Of a DNA stretch of 64,000 bases, positions 13,309 through 30,631 are shown piece by piece. The stretch comes from the human T2T-CHM13v2.0 reference genome, Homo sapiens. The stretch lies in the NCBI RefSeq assembly GCF_009914755.1, contig NC_060942.1; one strand, written 5' to 3'. Under the pieces are notes generated by a model, which searched no databases, had not been told where the DNA came from, and saw only the letters and a program-made list of their open reading frames with translations. Each line of letters opens with the position of its first letter. Position 1 is the stretch's first letter. The translations under genes were made by a program, and so were the position numbers.

Positions 13309-13817
13309 ACATTTTCTTTATTCATTTATCTGTTGATGGACACTTAGGTTGTTTCCAAATCTTGGCTATTGTGAAAAGTGCTACAATAAACATGGGAGTG
13401 CAGATATCTCTTTGATATATTAATTTCTTCTCTTTTGGTATATACCAGCAGTGGGATTGCTGGATCATAGGGTAGCTCTATGTTTAATTTTTAAAGGAAA
13501 CTCCAAACTGTTCTCCATAGTAGTTGAACTATTTTACACTCCCACCAATAGTATATAAGGGCTCCTTTTTGTCCACATCCTCACCAGCATTTGCTATTCC
13601 CTGTCTTTTGGATAAAAGCCATTTTAACTGAGGTGAGATGGATATATTATTTTACTTTTGATTTGAATTTCTATGATATCATTTATGTTGAGTACCTTTT
13701 CATATACCTGTTTGCCATTTGTATGTCTTCTTTTGAGAAATGTCTATTCTGACATTGTTGATTGTTCCCTTTGCTGTGGAGAAGCTTTTAAATTTGATGT
13801 CATCTTATTTGTCCATT

Positions 13818-13906
13818 TTTGCTTTGGTTGCCAGTGCTTTGGGGTTATTAATCAAGAAATCTTTGCTTTGGTTGCCAGTGCTTTGGGGTTATTACTCAAG
13901 AAATCT
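13818..13906. repeat. 44-bp tandem duplication inside L1
   Basis: TTTGCTTTGGTTGCCAGTGCTTTGGGGTTATTA(A/C)TCAAGAAATC, two copies. Confidence 0.93.
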
Positions 13907-14576
13907 GGTTATTACCCAGTCCAATGTCCTAGAGAATTTCCCCAAAGCTTTCTTTCAGTAGTTCCATAGTTAGAGGTCTTATATTTCAATCTTTAATTCA
14001 TTTTGAACTAATTTTTGTATATGGCAAGAGAGAGGGGCCTAGTTTCATTCTTCTGCATACGGATATCCAGTTTTTCCACCACCATTTACTGAAGAGACTC
14101 TTTCCCCCAGTGTGTATTCTTGGCACTTTTGTCAAGAATGAGTTCACTGTAAGTGTGCGGATTTGTTTCTGGGCTCTCTATTCTGTTCCATTGGTCTATG
14201 TGTCTGTTTTTATGCCAGTATCATGCTGTTTTGGTTACTATAGCTTTGTCGTATAATTTGAAATCAGATAATGTGACTCCTACAAGTTTTGTTCTATTTG
14301 CTCAGGATAACTTTGGGTATTCCGGGTCTTTTGTGGTTTCATATAAATTTTAGGATTGTTTTCTCCATTTCTGTGAAGGATTTTATTGGTAGTCTGAGAG
14401 AGATTGCATTGAATCTATAGATTGTTTTGGGTAGTATGGACATTTTAATGGTATTAATTCTTATTAATTCTTTATATCCATAAACATGGAATATCTTTCC
14501 ATTATTTTGTGTGTCCCCTTTAATTTCTTGAATCAATGTTTTATAGTTTTTATGTAGAAATCTTTCACTTCTGTAG

Positions 14577-14926
<350 letters not shown>

Positions 14927-17900
14927 TACTTTCTTGGTTTATTTTTCAAATTGTTTGCTGTTGGCATATAGAAATGCTACTTATTTTTGTATGTTGATTT
15001 TGTATCCTGCAACTTTACTTTATTTGTTTATCAGTTCTAATAGATTGTTGATGAGGCCTTTAGGTTTTTCCAGTGTAAGATCATAGCATCTGCAAACAAT
15101 AGCAATACAATTTGACTTCTTCCTTTCCAATGTGGATGCCCTTTATTTCTTTCTCTTGTCTGATTGCTCTAGCAAGGATAGCCAGTAATATGTTGAATAA
15201 CAGTGGTGAAAGTTGGCATCCTTGTCTTGTTGTAGATCTTAGAGGAAAGGTTTCAGTTTTTCCTAATTCAGTATGATACTAGCTGTGGGTCTGTTGTATA
15301 TGGCTTTTATTCTATACCCAGGTTTTTGAGGATTTTTATCATGAAGTGATGTCGAATTTTATCAAATGCTTTTCCAGCATCAATGTAAATGATCATATGG
15401 TTTTTGTCCTTCATTATGTTGATATTATGTATCACATTGATTGATTTGCACATACTGAACTATCCTTGCTTCCTTGGGATAAATCCCACTTGATCATGAT
15501 GAATGATCTTTTTAATGTGTTGTTGAATTCAGCTTGCTAGCAATTTGTTGAGAACTTTGCATCAGTGCTCCTCAGGCATATTAGCCTGTGGTTTTCTTTT
15601 TTTGATATGTCTTTGTCTGGTTTTGGTATCAGGGTAATACTGGCCTCGTAGAATGAGTTTGGAAGTATTTCCTCCTCCTCTATTTTTTGGAATACTTTGA
15701 GTAGAATTGGTATTATTTCTTCTTTAAAGGATTGATAAAATTCAGCAGTAAAGCCATCGGGTCCCGGGCTTTACTTTACTGGGAGATTTTTTATTATGGC
15801 TTCAATCTTGTTACTTGTTATTGGTCTGGTCAGGTTTTTTATCTCTTCATGGTTTAATCTTGGTAGGTTGTATTTATCTAGTAATTTATTCCTTTCTTCT
15901 AGGTTTTACAATTTATTGGCATATAGTTGCTCATAGTCGCCACTGATAATCCTTTGAGTTTCTGTGGTATCAGTTATAATGTCTCCTTTTTCGTCTCTGA
16001 TTTTATTTATTTGAGTCTTGTCTCTTGTAGTTAGCCTGGCTAAAGATTTGTTTACTTTGTTTATCTTTTCAAAGAAACCAACTTTTTATTTCATTGATCT
16101 TTTGTGTTATTTTCTTTATTTCAATTTTATTTATTTATGCTCTGATTTTTATTATTTATCTTTTACTAATTTGGGGTTTGGTTTTTTCTTGATTTTCTAG
16201 TTCTTTAAGGTGCATTATTAGGTTATTTATTTGAAATTCTTTCTACTTTTTTGATGTAGGTGCTTATTGCTATAAACTTGCCTTGTAGTACTGCTTTTGC
16301 TGTATCCCATAGCTTTTCATATGCTGTGTTTCCAGAATCATTTGTTCAAGAAATTTATTAATTTCCTTCTTAATTTCTTCATTGACCCACTGATCATTCA
16401 GAGCCTATTGTTTAATTTCAATATATTTGTATAATTTCCAAAATTTCTTGTTAGTAATTTCTAATTTTATTCCATTGTGATCAGAGTAAATACTTGATAT
16501 AATTTCAATTTTTTAAAAAGACATTTTGTGATCTAGCATATGATCTATCCTCGAGAATGATCCAAGTGCTGAGAAGGATGTGTGTTCTGTAGTCATTGGA
16601 TGAAATGTTCTGTAAATATCTATTATGTACATTTGGTCTATCATGCAGATTAAGTCCAATATCTCTTGTTTTTCTGTCTGAATGATCTGTGCAATGCTGA
16701 AAGTGGGGTATTGAAGTCACCAGCTATTCTTATATTGGTATTATATTGGGATCTCTCTCTCTTTAGCTCTAATAACATTTGCTGTATGTATCTGGGTGCT
16801 CCAGTGTTGGGTGTCATATATTTATAGCTGTACTATCTTCTTGCTTAATCGACCCCTTTATCATTCTATAATGACCATCTTTGTCTCTTTTATTAGTTTT
16901 TGTCTTTACATCTATTTTGTCTGATATAAGTATAGCCACTCCTCCTATTTTCTGGTTTCCATTTGCATGGAATATCTTTTTCCATCCTTTTATTTTCAGT
17001 CTATGTGTGTCTTTAAATGTGAAGAGTGTTTCTTGTAGGCAACAGATAGCTGAGTCTTTATTTTTTTTTTGGTCCATTCAGCCAATCTATGTCTTCAGAT
17101 TAGAGATCTTAGTTCATTTACATTAAATGTTATTCATAAGTAAGGAAGGACTTACTCTTGCCATTTCGTTATTTGTGTTATGGTTGTTTTGTGGTCTTCT
17201 CTTCCCTCTTTCCTTCTATCCTGTCTTCCTTTTAACAAAGGTGATTTTCTCTGGTGATATGTTTTAATTTATTGCCTTTGATTTTTTGTGTGCCTGTTGT
17301 AGGTTTTTTTAAAATTTGAGGTTACCATAAGGCTTGCAAATAATATCTATAACCCATTGTTTTAAAGTGATGACAACCTAATACTGATTGCATGAACAAC
17401 CTAATTAACAAATAAGTAAAGAAGAAAACTAACAAAAAATCTACACTTTAATTTTGTCCCCCCACTTTTTAACTTTTTATTGCCTCTATTTGCATCTTAT
17501 TTTATGTTCTATGACTTAAAAGTTGTTGTAGCTATTATTTTAGATAGGTTTGTCTTTCAGTCTTTCTACTCAAAATATGAATAGTTTACACACCACACTT
17601 ACAGTGTTACAATACTCTGTGTTTTTCTGTGTACTTACTATTATTAGTGAGTTTTGTACTCTTAGGTGATTTCTTATTGTTCATTACCATCCTTTTCTTT
17701 CAGATTGAAGAACGTCCCTTAGCATTTCTTGTAGGGTAGGGCTAGTGATGATGAAATCCCTCAGCTGCTGCTGCTTCTTCTTTTTTTTTTTGGTCTGGGA
17801 AAGACTTTATTTATTCTTCATATTTGAAGGATATTTTCACTCAATATACTATTCTAGGATATATATATTTTTTCCTTTAGCAGTTTAAATATGTCATGCC

Positions 17901-20900
17901 ACTCTCTGTTGGCCTGTAAGGTTTCCATTGAAAAGTCTTCTGTCAGACTTGTTGGAGCTCCATTGTATACTATCTGATTCCTTTCTCTTGCTGCTTTTAG
18001 TATCCTTTCTTTGTCCTTGACTCTTAGGAGCTTGATTATTAAATATCTTGAGGCAGTCTTATTTGGGTTGTCTGCTTGGTGTTCTGTAACCTTATTGCAC
18101 TTGAATATTGATATCTTTATCTAGTTTTGGGAAGTTATTATAACTTTGAATGAACTCTCTACCCCAATCTCTCTCTCTACCTCCTCTTTAAGGCCAATAA
18201 CTCTTAGATTTGCTCTTTTGAGGCTATTTTCTATATCTAGCAGGTATACTTCATTCTTTTTCATTCTTTTTCTTTTGTCTCCTCTGACTTCATGTTTTCA
18301 AATAACCTGTCTTCAATCTCACTAATTCTTTCTTCTTCTTGGCCAGTTCTGCTTGTAAGAAGCTCTGATGCATTTTTCAGTATGTCAATTGCATTCTTCA
18401 ATTCCAGAATCTTTGGTTGATTTTTAAAAATTATTTCAATCTCTTTGTTAAATTTATCTGATAGCATTCTGAATTCCTTCTCTGTGTTATCTTGAATCTC
18501 ATTGAGTTATCCCAAACAGCTATTTCGGATTCTCTGTCTGAAAGGTCACATAGCTCTGTTTCTCCAGGATTGCTCCCTGGTGCCTTATTTAGTTTGCTTG
18601 GTGAGTTCATGTTTTTCTGGATGATCTTGATGCTTGTGAATGGTCATCAGTGTCTAGGCATTGAAGAGTTAAGTATTTATTATAGACTTTGCAGTTTTGG
18701 GCTTGTTTGTACTAGTCCTTCTTGGGAAGGCTTTTCAGATATTCAAAGGGATTTGGGTGTTGTAACCTAAGTTTTTGGTCATTGCAGCTATAACTGCATT
18801 AGGGCATAACCTCAAGTCCAGTAACACTGTGGCTCTTGCAGATTCACAGAGGTACCATCTTGGTGGTCTTCAATAAGATCTGGAAGAATTCTCTGGGTTA
18901 CCAGGCAGAGACTCTTGTTTTCTTCCCTTACTTTCTCCCAAACAGAGTCTTACTCTCTGTGCTGAGCTGCCTGGAGCTGGGGGAGAAGTGACACCAGCAC
19001 CCCTATTGCCACTACCACTGGGACTGTGCTGAGTCAGACCTAAAGCTCACACAAGACTGTGTCTTGCCCAAGGCCCGCAGTAACTACTGCCTGGCTTCCA
19101 TCTGCATTTGCTCAAGGCACTAGGGCTCCACAATCAGCAGGTGGCAAAGCCAGATAGACTTATATACTTCCTTTCAGGGTGGTGAGTTACCCCTGGCTCT
19201 GGGTGGGTCCAGATATGCCATGTGGGAGCCAGGGCCTGGAGTCGGAAATCTTAGGAATCTACCTGGTGCTCTAGTCTACTGTGGCTGAGCTGGCACTCAA
19301 ACCACAAGATAAAGTCCTTCTCACTCTTTCTTCCCCTTTCCACAAGCAGAGGAGCCTCTCCCCATGGCCATCACTGCCCTAGGCTCACAGCAAGTCCTGC
19401 CAGGCTATCACTAATGTTTATTCAAGCCCAAGAGCTTTTCAGTCAGCTTGTGGTAAGTGCTTTCAGGACTGGGACTTTCCTGTCAGGGAAATGGGCTCCT
19501 CTCTGGCCTAGGGCAGGTCCAGAAATGATATTGAAGGTCCAAGGCCTAGAATTGGGGACCCCAAAAGCCTGCATGGTGCTTTACCCCACTGTGGCCAAGT
19601 TGGTACCTAAGGTGCAAGACAAAGTCTTTTTAACTTTTACTTCTTCTTTTCTCCAGCAGAAGGAATCTCTTCCCATATACAGCTGGGAATGTGCTGGGTC
19701 ACACCTGAAGCCAGCACAGGCCCAGGTTCCCACCCAAGGCTCAAGACAAGTAACACTTGGGTATTTCTGCTGATTATTCAGGGCCCAAGGGCTCTTTAGT
19801 CAGCAGCTGATAAGTCCTGCCAGGACTGGGTCCTTCGCTTCAAGGAAGCCGGTTCCCTTCTGGCTCAGGGTGTGTCTAGAAATGTCATCAAGGAACTAGG
19901 GTCTGGAATAGGGACCTCAGAACTCTGGATGGTGCCCTGTTGTGGCTGAGCTGGTTTCCAAGTTGCAAAACAAAGTCCTCTTTACTCTTTGCTGTTTTCT
20001 CCTCAAGCAGAGGGAAGGAGGCTCTCCCAGAGCTTAAATCTTAACTGCCTAGGATTGGGGAAGAGGTGATGCAAGCACTCCATTGGCCATCCTGGCCAGT
20101 GTCTCACTAGGTCATGGGCACCCCACATCCACTGGTTCTGAGCCCAGCACAATTCCAGGACTTTCCCAGGAATTGCAGTCCTTGAGGCTGAGACTGCTTT
20201 TCGAGTTTATTTAGGACTTCACAGCACTTTAGCCTGCAATGGTGAGGCTTTCCAGAACTCAGGTTCCAACCACTGAGATGGGTGATTCCTCCCTGGCTCA
20301 GGCTGGTCTAAATGCTCCCTCTGTGGGCATCAGCTAAGTTCTGCTCAGTGTCGGTAACACTGAATTCCAATGCAAAGCCTCACAATTGCTATGTTCTCCC
20401 CTTCCAAGAGCACAGAGTCTCTCCTGCCATGTGGCCCCTGCTGGGGGATGGGGAAGGGTGGCATCAGTAATTCAAGACTGTTTTTCCTACCCTCTTCCCT
20501 TCCACTTTCAGTGATATAGAGTTGAAACCAGATGCTGTGATGGCTTGCCTGATTTTTGATTCTTATAAAGGTGCTTTTTGGTGTGGATAGTTGTTGAATT
20601 TGGTTTCTTGTGGGAAGAATGATAGTGAAAGCTTCTATTTGGCCATATTGCTCTGTCTCCTCCTTGAGAATATTTTTTTAAGAACAAAATTAAGGGAAAA
20701 TTAAAACCTGAGAGAATGATATTTACCACCAAAAACAACACACAAATGGTTAATATTCTTTACCTAAAAAGAGTTCCTGCGTATCAGTATTTTTTAAAAA
20801 TTTGGTAGAAAAAAGGAAAGAAATGTTCAATGGATATGACCGAGTAATTTACCAAAGACAAACAAGTGGTTAATAAATGTGAAAAATCTTTATATTCTTT

Positions 20901-21882
20901 AGTAACACAATAAATGTAGCTAAAACAATGAGATGATATATTTTAACTATTAAGTAATTTTTAATTATAACAATACTGGCCATAAATATGCGTGTTCATA
21001 CAATATTTCTGAAAGGAAATTTGAAAATATGTATGCGGAAATTTAAAAAATTTATACCTTTTAATTCAGGATCTTCATTTCTATGTATCTCCTGTGAAAG
21101 ATGTAATGACTATGTTCCCACATGTTTACCCAAGCAATATTTTGAATGTTGGGAAATAACCTAAATGCCCAACAACAGGTAACATATGAAACAGTTGTGG
21201 CGTTAAGAGGTATTACAAGAGGAACCAGTACCTGGATTTCAACAAATCTCTTGAATCTGCTATTGTAGTGACTTGAGATAATATTACCTAGAAACTAACC
21301 AGAAGAGTTAAGTGGACATAATAAAGCCTATTTATAATGTTATAATTATATGTAAGTTTGGATTAACCTGTTCATTACAAGGTGGCCATCTATGACACTG
21401 TTGCTTTATTGTTCTGTTTTCACATGTCTAAAACTGTTGAAGCTTTTAGCAGAAAACATATGCCTCAATTATTTTTTAGTGTAAATCATGTAAATTGGAG
21501 TTTGTAGACAAATACACACATATATTGTTCACTCCTGATTATTATAGTAAGTTTGTGTACACAGACATACACAGAGATGCCCACTTTAAAAAGTGACTTT
21601 ATGCAAACCATAATAAACCCACTCTTCAGAATATAATGCAGGAAGGAAAACGCTTTCCCACTACTATACACTTTCAATAGGATATATAATCCTACCACTT
21701 GTAAACTGAAAACTTTACTAGTTCTGACTATTGCAACTTAGTCAATTGTTTAATCAGGAATCCATTTTTGGGGTACCTACAATGTTTCAAGTACACTAAA
21801 AATACAGAGATAAATACAAAATTAACAATCTTTTTAGGAGATTAAAATAAGCAGGCAGATGGTCACTTAAAAGTTTAATTAA

Positions 21883-25505
<3,623 letters not shown>

Positions 25506-27772
25506 AAAAGTTTAATTAATGTCATAAATTATGATGATGATGGGGAAAATAGGGATATGACTGCATTTATGGAGCCACTTCCATGTGCCCAATACTAAAT
25601 ATGAATAAATGCTTTATGTATTATTGCATTTAATTTCACACAAAAACTAAATGATAGATCATATTAAAGCCCATTTTACATATAAAGATATGAGAGAGCT
25701 TAATAAATTGTCCAAAGTTATCCAGGTAAGTTGGAGTAGACGTTAAAAGTTGATTGGGATTTTGTTAAGATACAGTTGATAAGAATGGGGCCTTGACATC
25801 CTGACTAACTAGCTGTGCAACCTTGAGCAAGTGCTCTACTATCCTTAAGCTCTGTTTTTCTCCTCTATGAAATGGGGCAATCATAGTACTAATACATATG
25901 GTTATCATACAAATTAAATTAGATAATATAGCTAAATTGCTTAGTACCATGAACGCATATAGTAATGTGCAATTTCAGAATTGTCATTATGCACGTAGAA
26001 TGTTATTCATCACTATGATTTTATGAATCGACTCAAAGCTTGTGTTCTTTTCACTATTAAACACACTGTCTACATATAAGTACAAAAATAAGGGCGTGCG
26101 AAGTAGGTGGTTACCTCAGCCCAGCATTGATAGAAGAGGGCTGTGAAGGGGAGGGAGGAGGAAGGAAGAGCTGGAATGAATCCTGCAGAGTTCACAGCGA
26201 AGGTGCGGAGAATGATGAGGATGGCATTGAGTAGGTGGGGAGGTCAATTTCATACTGTGAAAGATAATTCCATTACATTTAATTCAGCCAACATCTGCAG
26301 AATACTTACATTGCTCAAAGCAGAGAGAAACATGATTTAACTTCCACTGTAGAATTATAGTGTAGTGAACAAGTCAGACAGGTATACCACTATCTGTTTA
26401 AATTTGGGGTGAGGGAAGCAAGTGTATGTGGTGAGGGGTTTTGTGAAGTTCTCATCCCAGGCAATGGTAACATCAAAACAAAGAAGCAAGACAAACTAAA
26501 AGCTAGATGGAAAAGTCTTTATCAAAAAGAGAAAAAAAGAAACAGAAAGAGAAATTTTAGAATTGTCATAGCCAAAGGGTCTCAAAAGCAATCATTAAAC
26601 CTGGGACATGAAACCAGAAACTGGGAGTCAGAAAGCTAGAAATGTGTTGAAACAAGCTGAGAGTAACTGGGTGGGGTAAGGAATTGGGAGAGGCAAATAT
26701 TTTGCATAGCTGTTTGTGCTCATGTTTGAGTTTTATGAAAATAACATAATACTTTTTAATTAATATAATGTAAATCTTCATTTTAAATTGAATTAAAAAT
26801 TATGAACGGCTTTTCATTAAGTTAAATGAACACATTAAATTAAGTTAATGAATTAGTGTTCACAATCTCCACCACAGGTCTGCCTCTCTCTATTCTCTTT
26901 GCTTCTATTATGTGGGGGAGGTTTCTTGCTTCATGGATTAGTTTCTAGGCAGGAGAAACTGAGTAATGTGTATAACCCAGAGGGTAAGTTAACAGATCTA
27001 ATTAAGAGCTAATAAAAAGGAGGAAAAGGAAGAGGCCTGAGGAATTTTTGTAAAGCAAGGGGTTTAGGTGTCTGAGAGGGCGTGTGAGAGTAGGGAGCAG
27101 AGAGAGACATCGAAGAGCAAAGGCAAGAGGGAGAGGCAAAGGTCCAGGCACAGGGCTGTTGTTGATAGAATTGGAAAAGAGTTGCAAAGGGATTTTTGAT
27201 GTGGTGTCATGGAGGCCTCAACTGGAAACCCTCTTTCTTCCAAGAGATGGAAGCAAAGATTGGAATTGCTTTTCGATTATTTCTGGTTTGCTGGACTATC
27301 CAGACAAGGTGCATTGTAACCTGCATGTTTCCGTTGGGGTTAGCAGTAGAACTCAGATAGCTTCATCTCTTGGGAAATAGATATCAAAGAAAGATCCAGA
27401 GACAGAAAGCTTTAGAAAAGGAAAGAACAGGTAACCTCAGAAGAAAACTATGTGCAAAATTACCAAGATTTCCAAATTTACATTAATCCATCGATAGTGG
27501 AAAAAGCAATGACTTTCACGTACTTGTGTTGTATTCATAAGGGTCATGCCATAGCTTCGGATGTGACTAATTAGGGAGACCAGGTTTATTTGAGGTTTTT
27601 ATTATTTGAGAGTGAAACTATAGCCAGATGTAATAACCATGTTATTAATGATCCCAAGATGCAATTTTTTTTCCCATACTCAAAGTGCTTTGTTATATTA
27701 GAAGCAAGGAAGAGCGTTAGTTTTCACTTCTACACAACAAGGTTTCATAATCTATTATAAAAGCCTGTAGCA

Positions 27773-28129
<357 letters not shown>

Positions 28130-28529
28130 CTACAAGAAACTAGGAAACAAAAGGAAACTGCAGAATCAGCAGAGGCAGACAGCAACGCAAGGTGTAAAAT
28201 AGAAACTCCCTTGCCACCCAAGTGGATAGAAAACAGTTTTAGACAAACATACTTTGTCATTAATTTAACTCCTTTGAAAGCCAAAATAAGATGCCTCAAA
28301 CCTCTCCTTGGGATTGGAAGTTGCGACTTGAGCAAAACTTTTGTTTTCCCTTTTTATAGTTTATATTTGTGTGTGTCCAATATCAACTGCATCTATAATT
28401 CTGTTATTTTGTATTGTCCGTATGCACCACAGTGCACATTCACTTTCCCTTCCATTGCTTCTTAAACTTTGCAATCATTTGGAGGAAACCATAAAAAATA
28501 AGATTTTGTAAATGTTTTTTTCAAAATGC

Positions 28530-28820
28530 CCTGTGTAAACGCATTGTTCTTAGAATGATGAGGCTTCCTACATGTGTACTTGCTGGGCCTGCATTCCAAA
28601 AATGTTGCAAGAATGCGTGCACTGCCATTTTGCCACATGACACAGCAGTCGCGTGATGTGCTGTCATGACAAATAGGCAGGAAATGTGGTTTGCGTGTGG
28701 AATGAGCTTCCGGTCTTTCCCCAAGGTTAGAAGGATACAGTATTAAAGAGGAGTCCTGGGTCAGCAGCTCTGTTTTGATGTGGCAATTATTGACGCTCTG
28801 CTGCTCTTTCCCGGAAGGTA
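28530..28820. promoter_or_regulatory. Candidate distal enhancer (motif cluster)
   Basis: Three GCGTG cores, two STAT GAS sites, two TEAD sites, and RUNX, ETS and C/EBP-like motifs within ~290 bp of sequence I could not assign to a repeat. Confidence 0.45.
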
Positions 28821-29268
28821 GAGGGCAAGCCAAAGGGAAGGAGTTGGGGGGCCAGCAGTTGATGCCTTGAGCACAGATCCTATGGTTAAAGGAGGAGGAG
28901 TGGGGACATTTGTTACTGAACCTTCTATTCCACCTAGAGATCCGAAAATACATTTGGGTGGTTTTGAGGTAAGGGAGCAAAGGAGCCAGCCCTGTCCAGC
29001 CTGGTATTTAGGTATGATGAGGGCTCAGGTATTGCTCTAGCCCCATAATCAGAAAGTCAGGTAAGGTTTTAAGTCAACTCTATCAAGAAATTTGATTCAA
29101 TCATGCAATCAATGATTCAGCCTAAGTTGATGAATCACTTACTGTGTGTCAGGGCACTCACTGGGTGCTGGGAAACATCAGTATGCAGTCACTTAATTTA
29201 GAATTTTTCTGCGAGAGTCACTCTCGTTAGGTTCCTTTAGATCCAAAAACAACTTAGGAGGAGGCTGT

Positions 29269-29701
29269 CTGTTTTAGGTTGAATTCTCCTGAAAGCCAGC
29301 TTAAGCCCAGGATTCATGTAGAAGTTCTTAATGAAGGAAGTGCCCCCAGAAGAAACCAGAAAGGGTGTAAAGGAAGCAGCACAGGAAAGGAAATGAAGCC
29401 GAATGAGGGTGATTTTGGGTGAAGTCTCAGACTTGGACTGATCCCTCTGAGAGCTCTAGGGGGTAATATCTTTGAGATTTTGTACCATACCAGAATAAAA
29501 GAGTTGGGGTTGTGAATTCCCACACCAGTCAACTATTGGCTATGGGCTTACCATGGGAGACGTAATACACCCGGCACTTCCAACTCACATACCAGAGACA
29601 TGGCTCTAGCACCCAATGGAAATATGCTGAATGTTGCAGGTGCAAGACAGCAACAAAGCAGACAGAGGCACATAGACAAGGCACCAACAGTGTCCACTAT
29701 A
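29269..29701 (-). mobile_element. Old ERVL-class solo LTR (LTR33/LTR16-like)
   Basis: Ends ...GGCACCAACAGTGTCCACTATA and begins TGTTTTAGGTTG, resembling antisense LTR33/16 termini. Recalled by eye. Confidence 0.5.
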
Positions 29702-29743
29702 CCCTGACAGTGTGGAAAGTTGTAGATAGGATGAAGAGAAAGA

Positions 29744-29745
<2 letters not shown>

Positions 29746-29779
<34 letters not shown>
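29746..29779. repeat. (AC)17 microsatellite
   Basis: Direct read. Confidence 0.97.
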
Positions 29780-29781
<2 letters not shown>

Positions 29782-29784
29782 TAG

Positions 29785-30293
29785 AGACTTACTACTCAAA
29801 GTGTGATCCTCAGACCAGCAGCATCTGGCCGAATGGTGATCTATCACCTTCCAGGAGCTTGTTAGAAACGCAGAATCTGGCTGGGCACAGTAGCTCACGC
29901 TTGTAATCCCAGCACTTTGGGAAGCCGAGGAGGACAGATCACTTGAGGTCAGGAGTTCAAGATCAGCCTGGCCAACACTGTGAAACCTCATCTCTACTAA
30001 AAATACAAAAATTAGCCAGGCGTGGGGGTGCACACCTGTAGTCCCAGCTACTCAGGAAGCTGAGGAAGGAGAATCGTTTGAACCTGGAGGGGTGGAGGTT
30101 GCAGTGAGCTGAGATCATGCCACTGCACTCCCGTCTGGGCGACAGAACAAGACTCTCTCAAAACAACAAAAACAACAGCAACAACAACAAAAATGCAGAA
30201 TCTCAGGTCTCACGAAAGACCTGGTTCATCAGAATCTCATATTAATAAGATCTCCCCAACATTTGTATGCACATTAATTTTTAAGAAGCTCAG
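29785..30293 (+). mobile_element. MER5A1-like DNA transposon split by an Alu
   Basis: CTCAAAGTGTGATCCTCAGACCAGCAGCATC...GTTAGAAACGCAGAATCT [Alu] ...TGTATGCACATTAATTTTTAAGAAGC. Confidence 0.7.
29879..30190 (+). mobile_element. Alu (AluS-type)
   Basis: TSD AAA(C/T)GCAGAATCT at 29866-29878 and 30191-30203. Confidence 0.95.
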
Positions 30294-30324
30294 CCCCAGA
30301 GTATTAGAAAACATAATTTGCTGA

Positions 30325-30631
<307 letters not shown>

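Noticed and set aside
28462-28980. 172-aa minus-strand ORF over the motif cluster
   Set aside because: Non-ATG start, no recognisable domain; the region is better explained as regulatory DNA.
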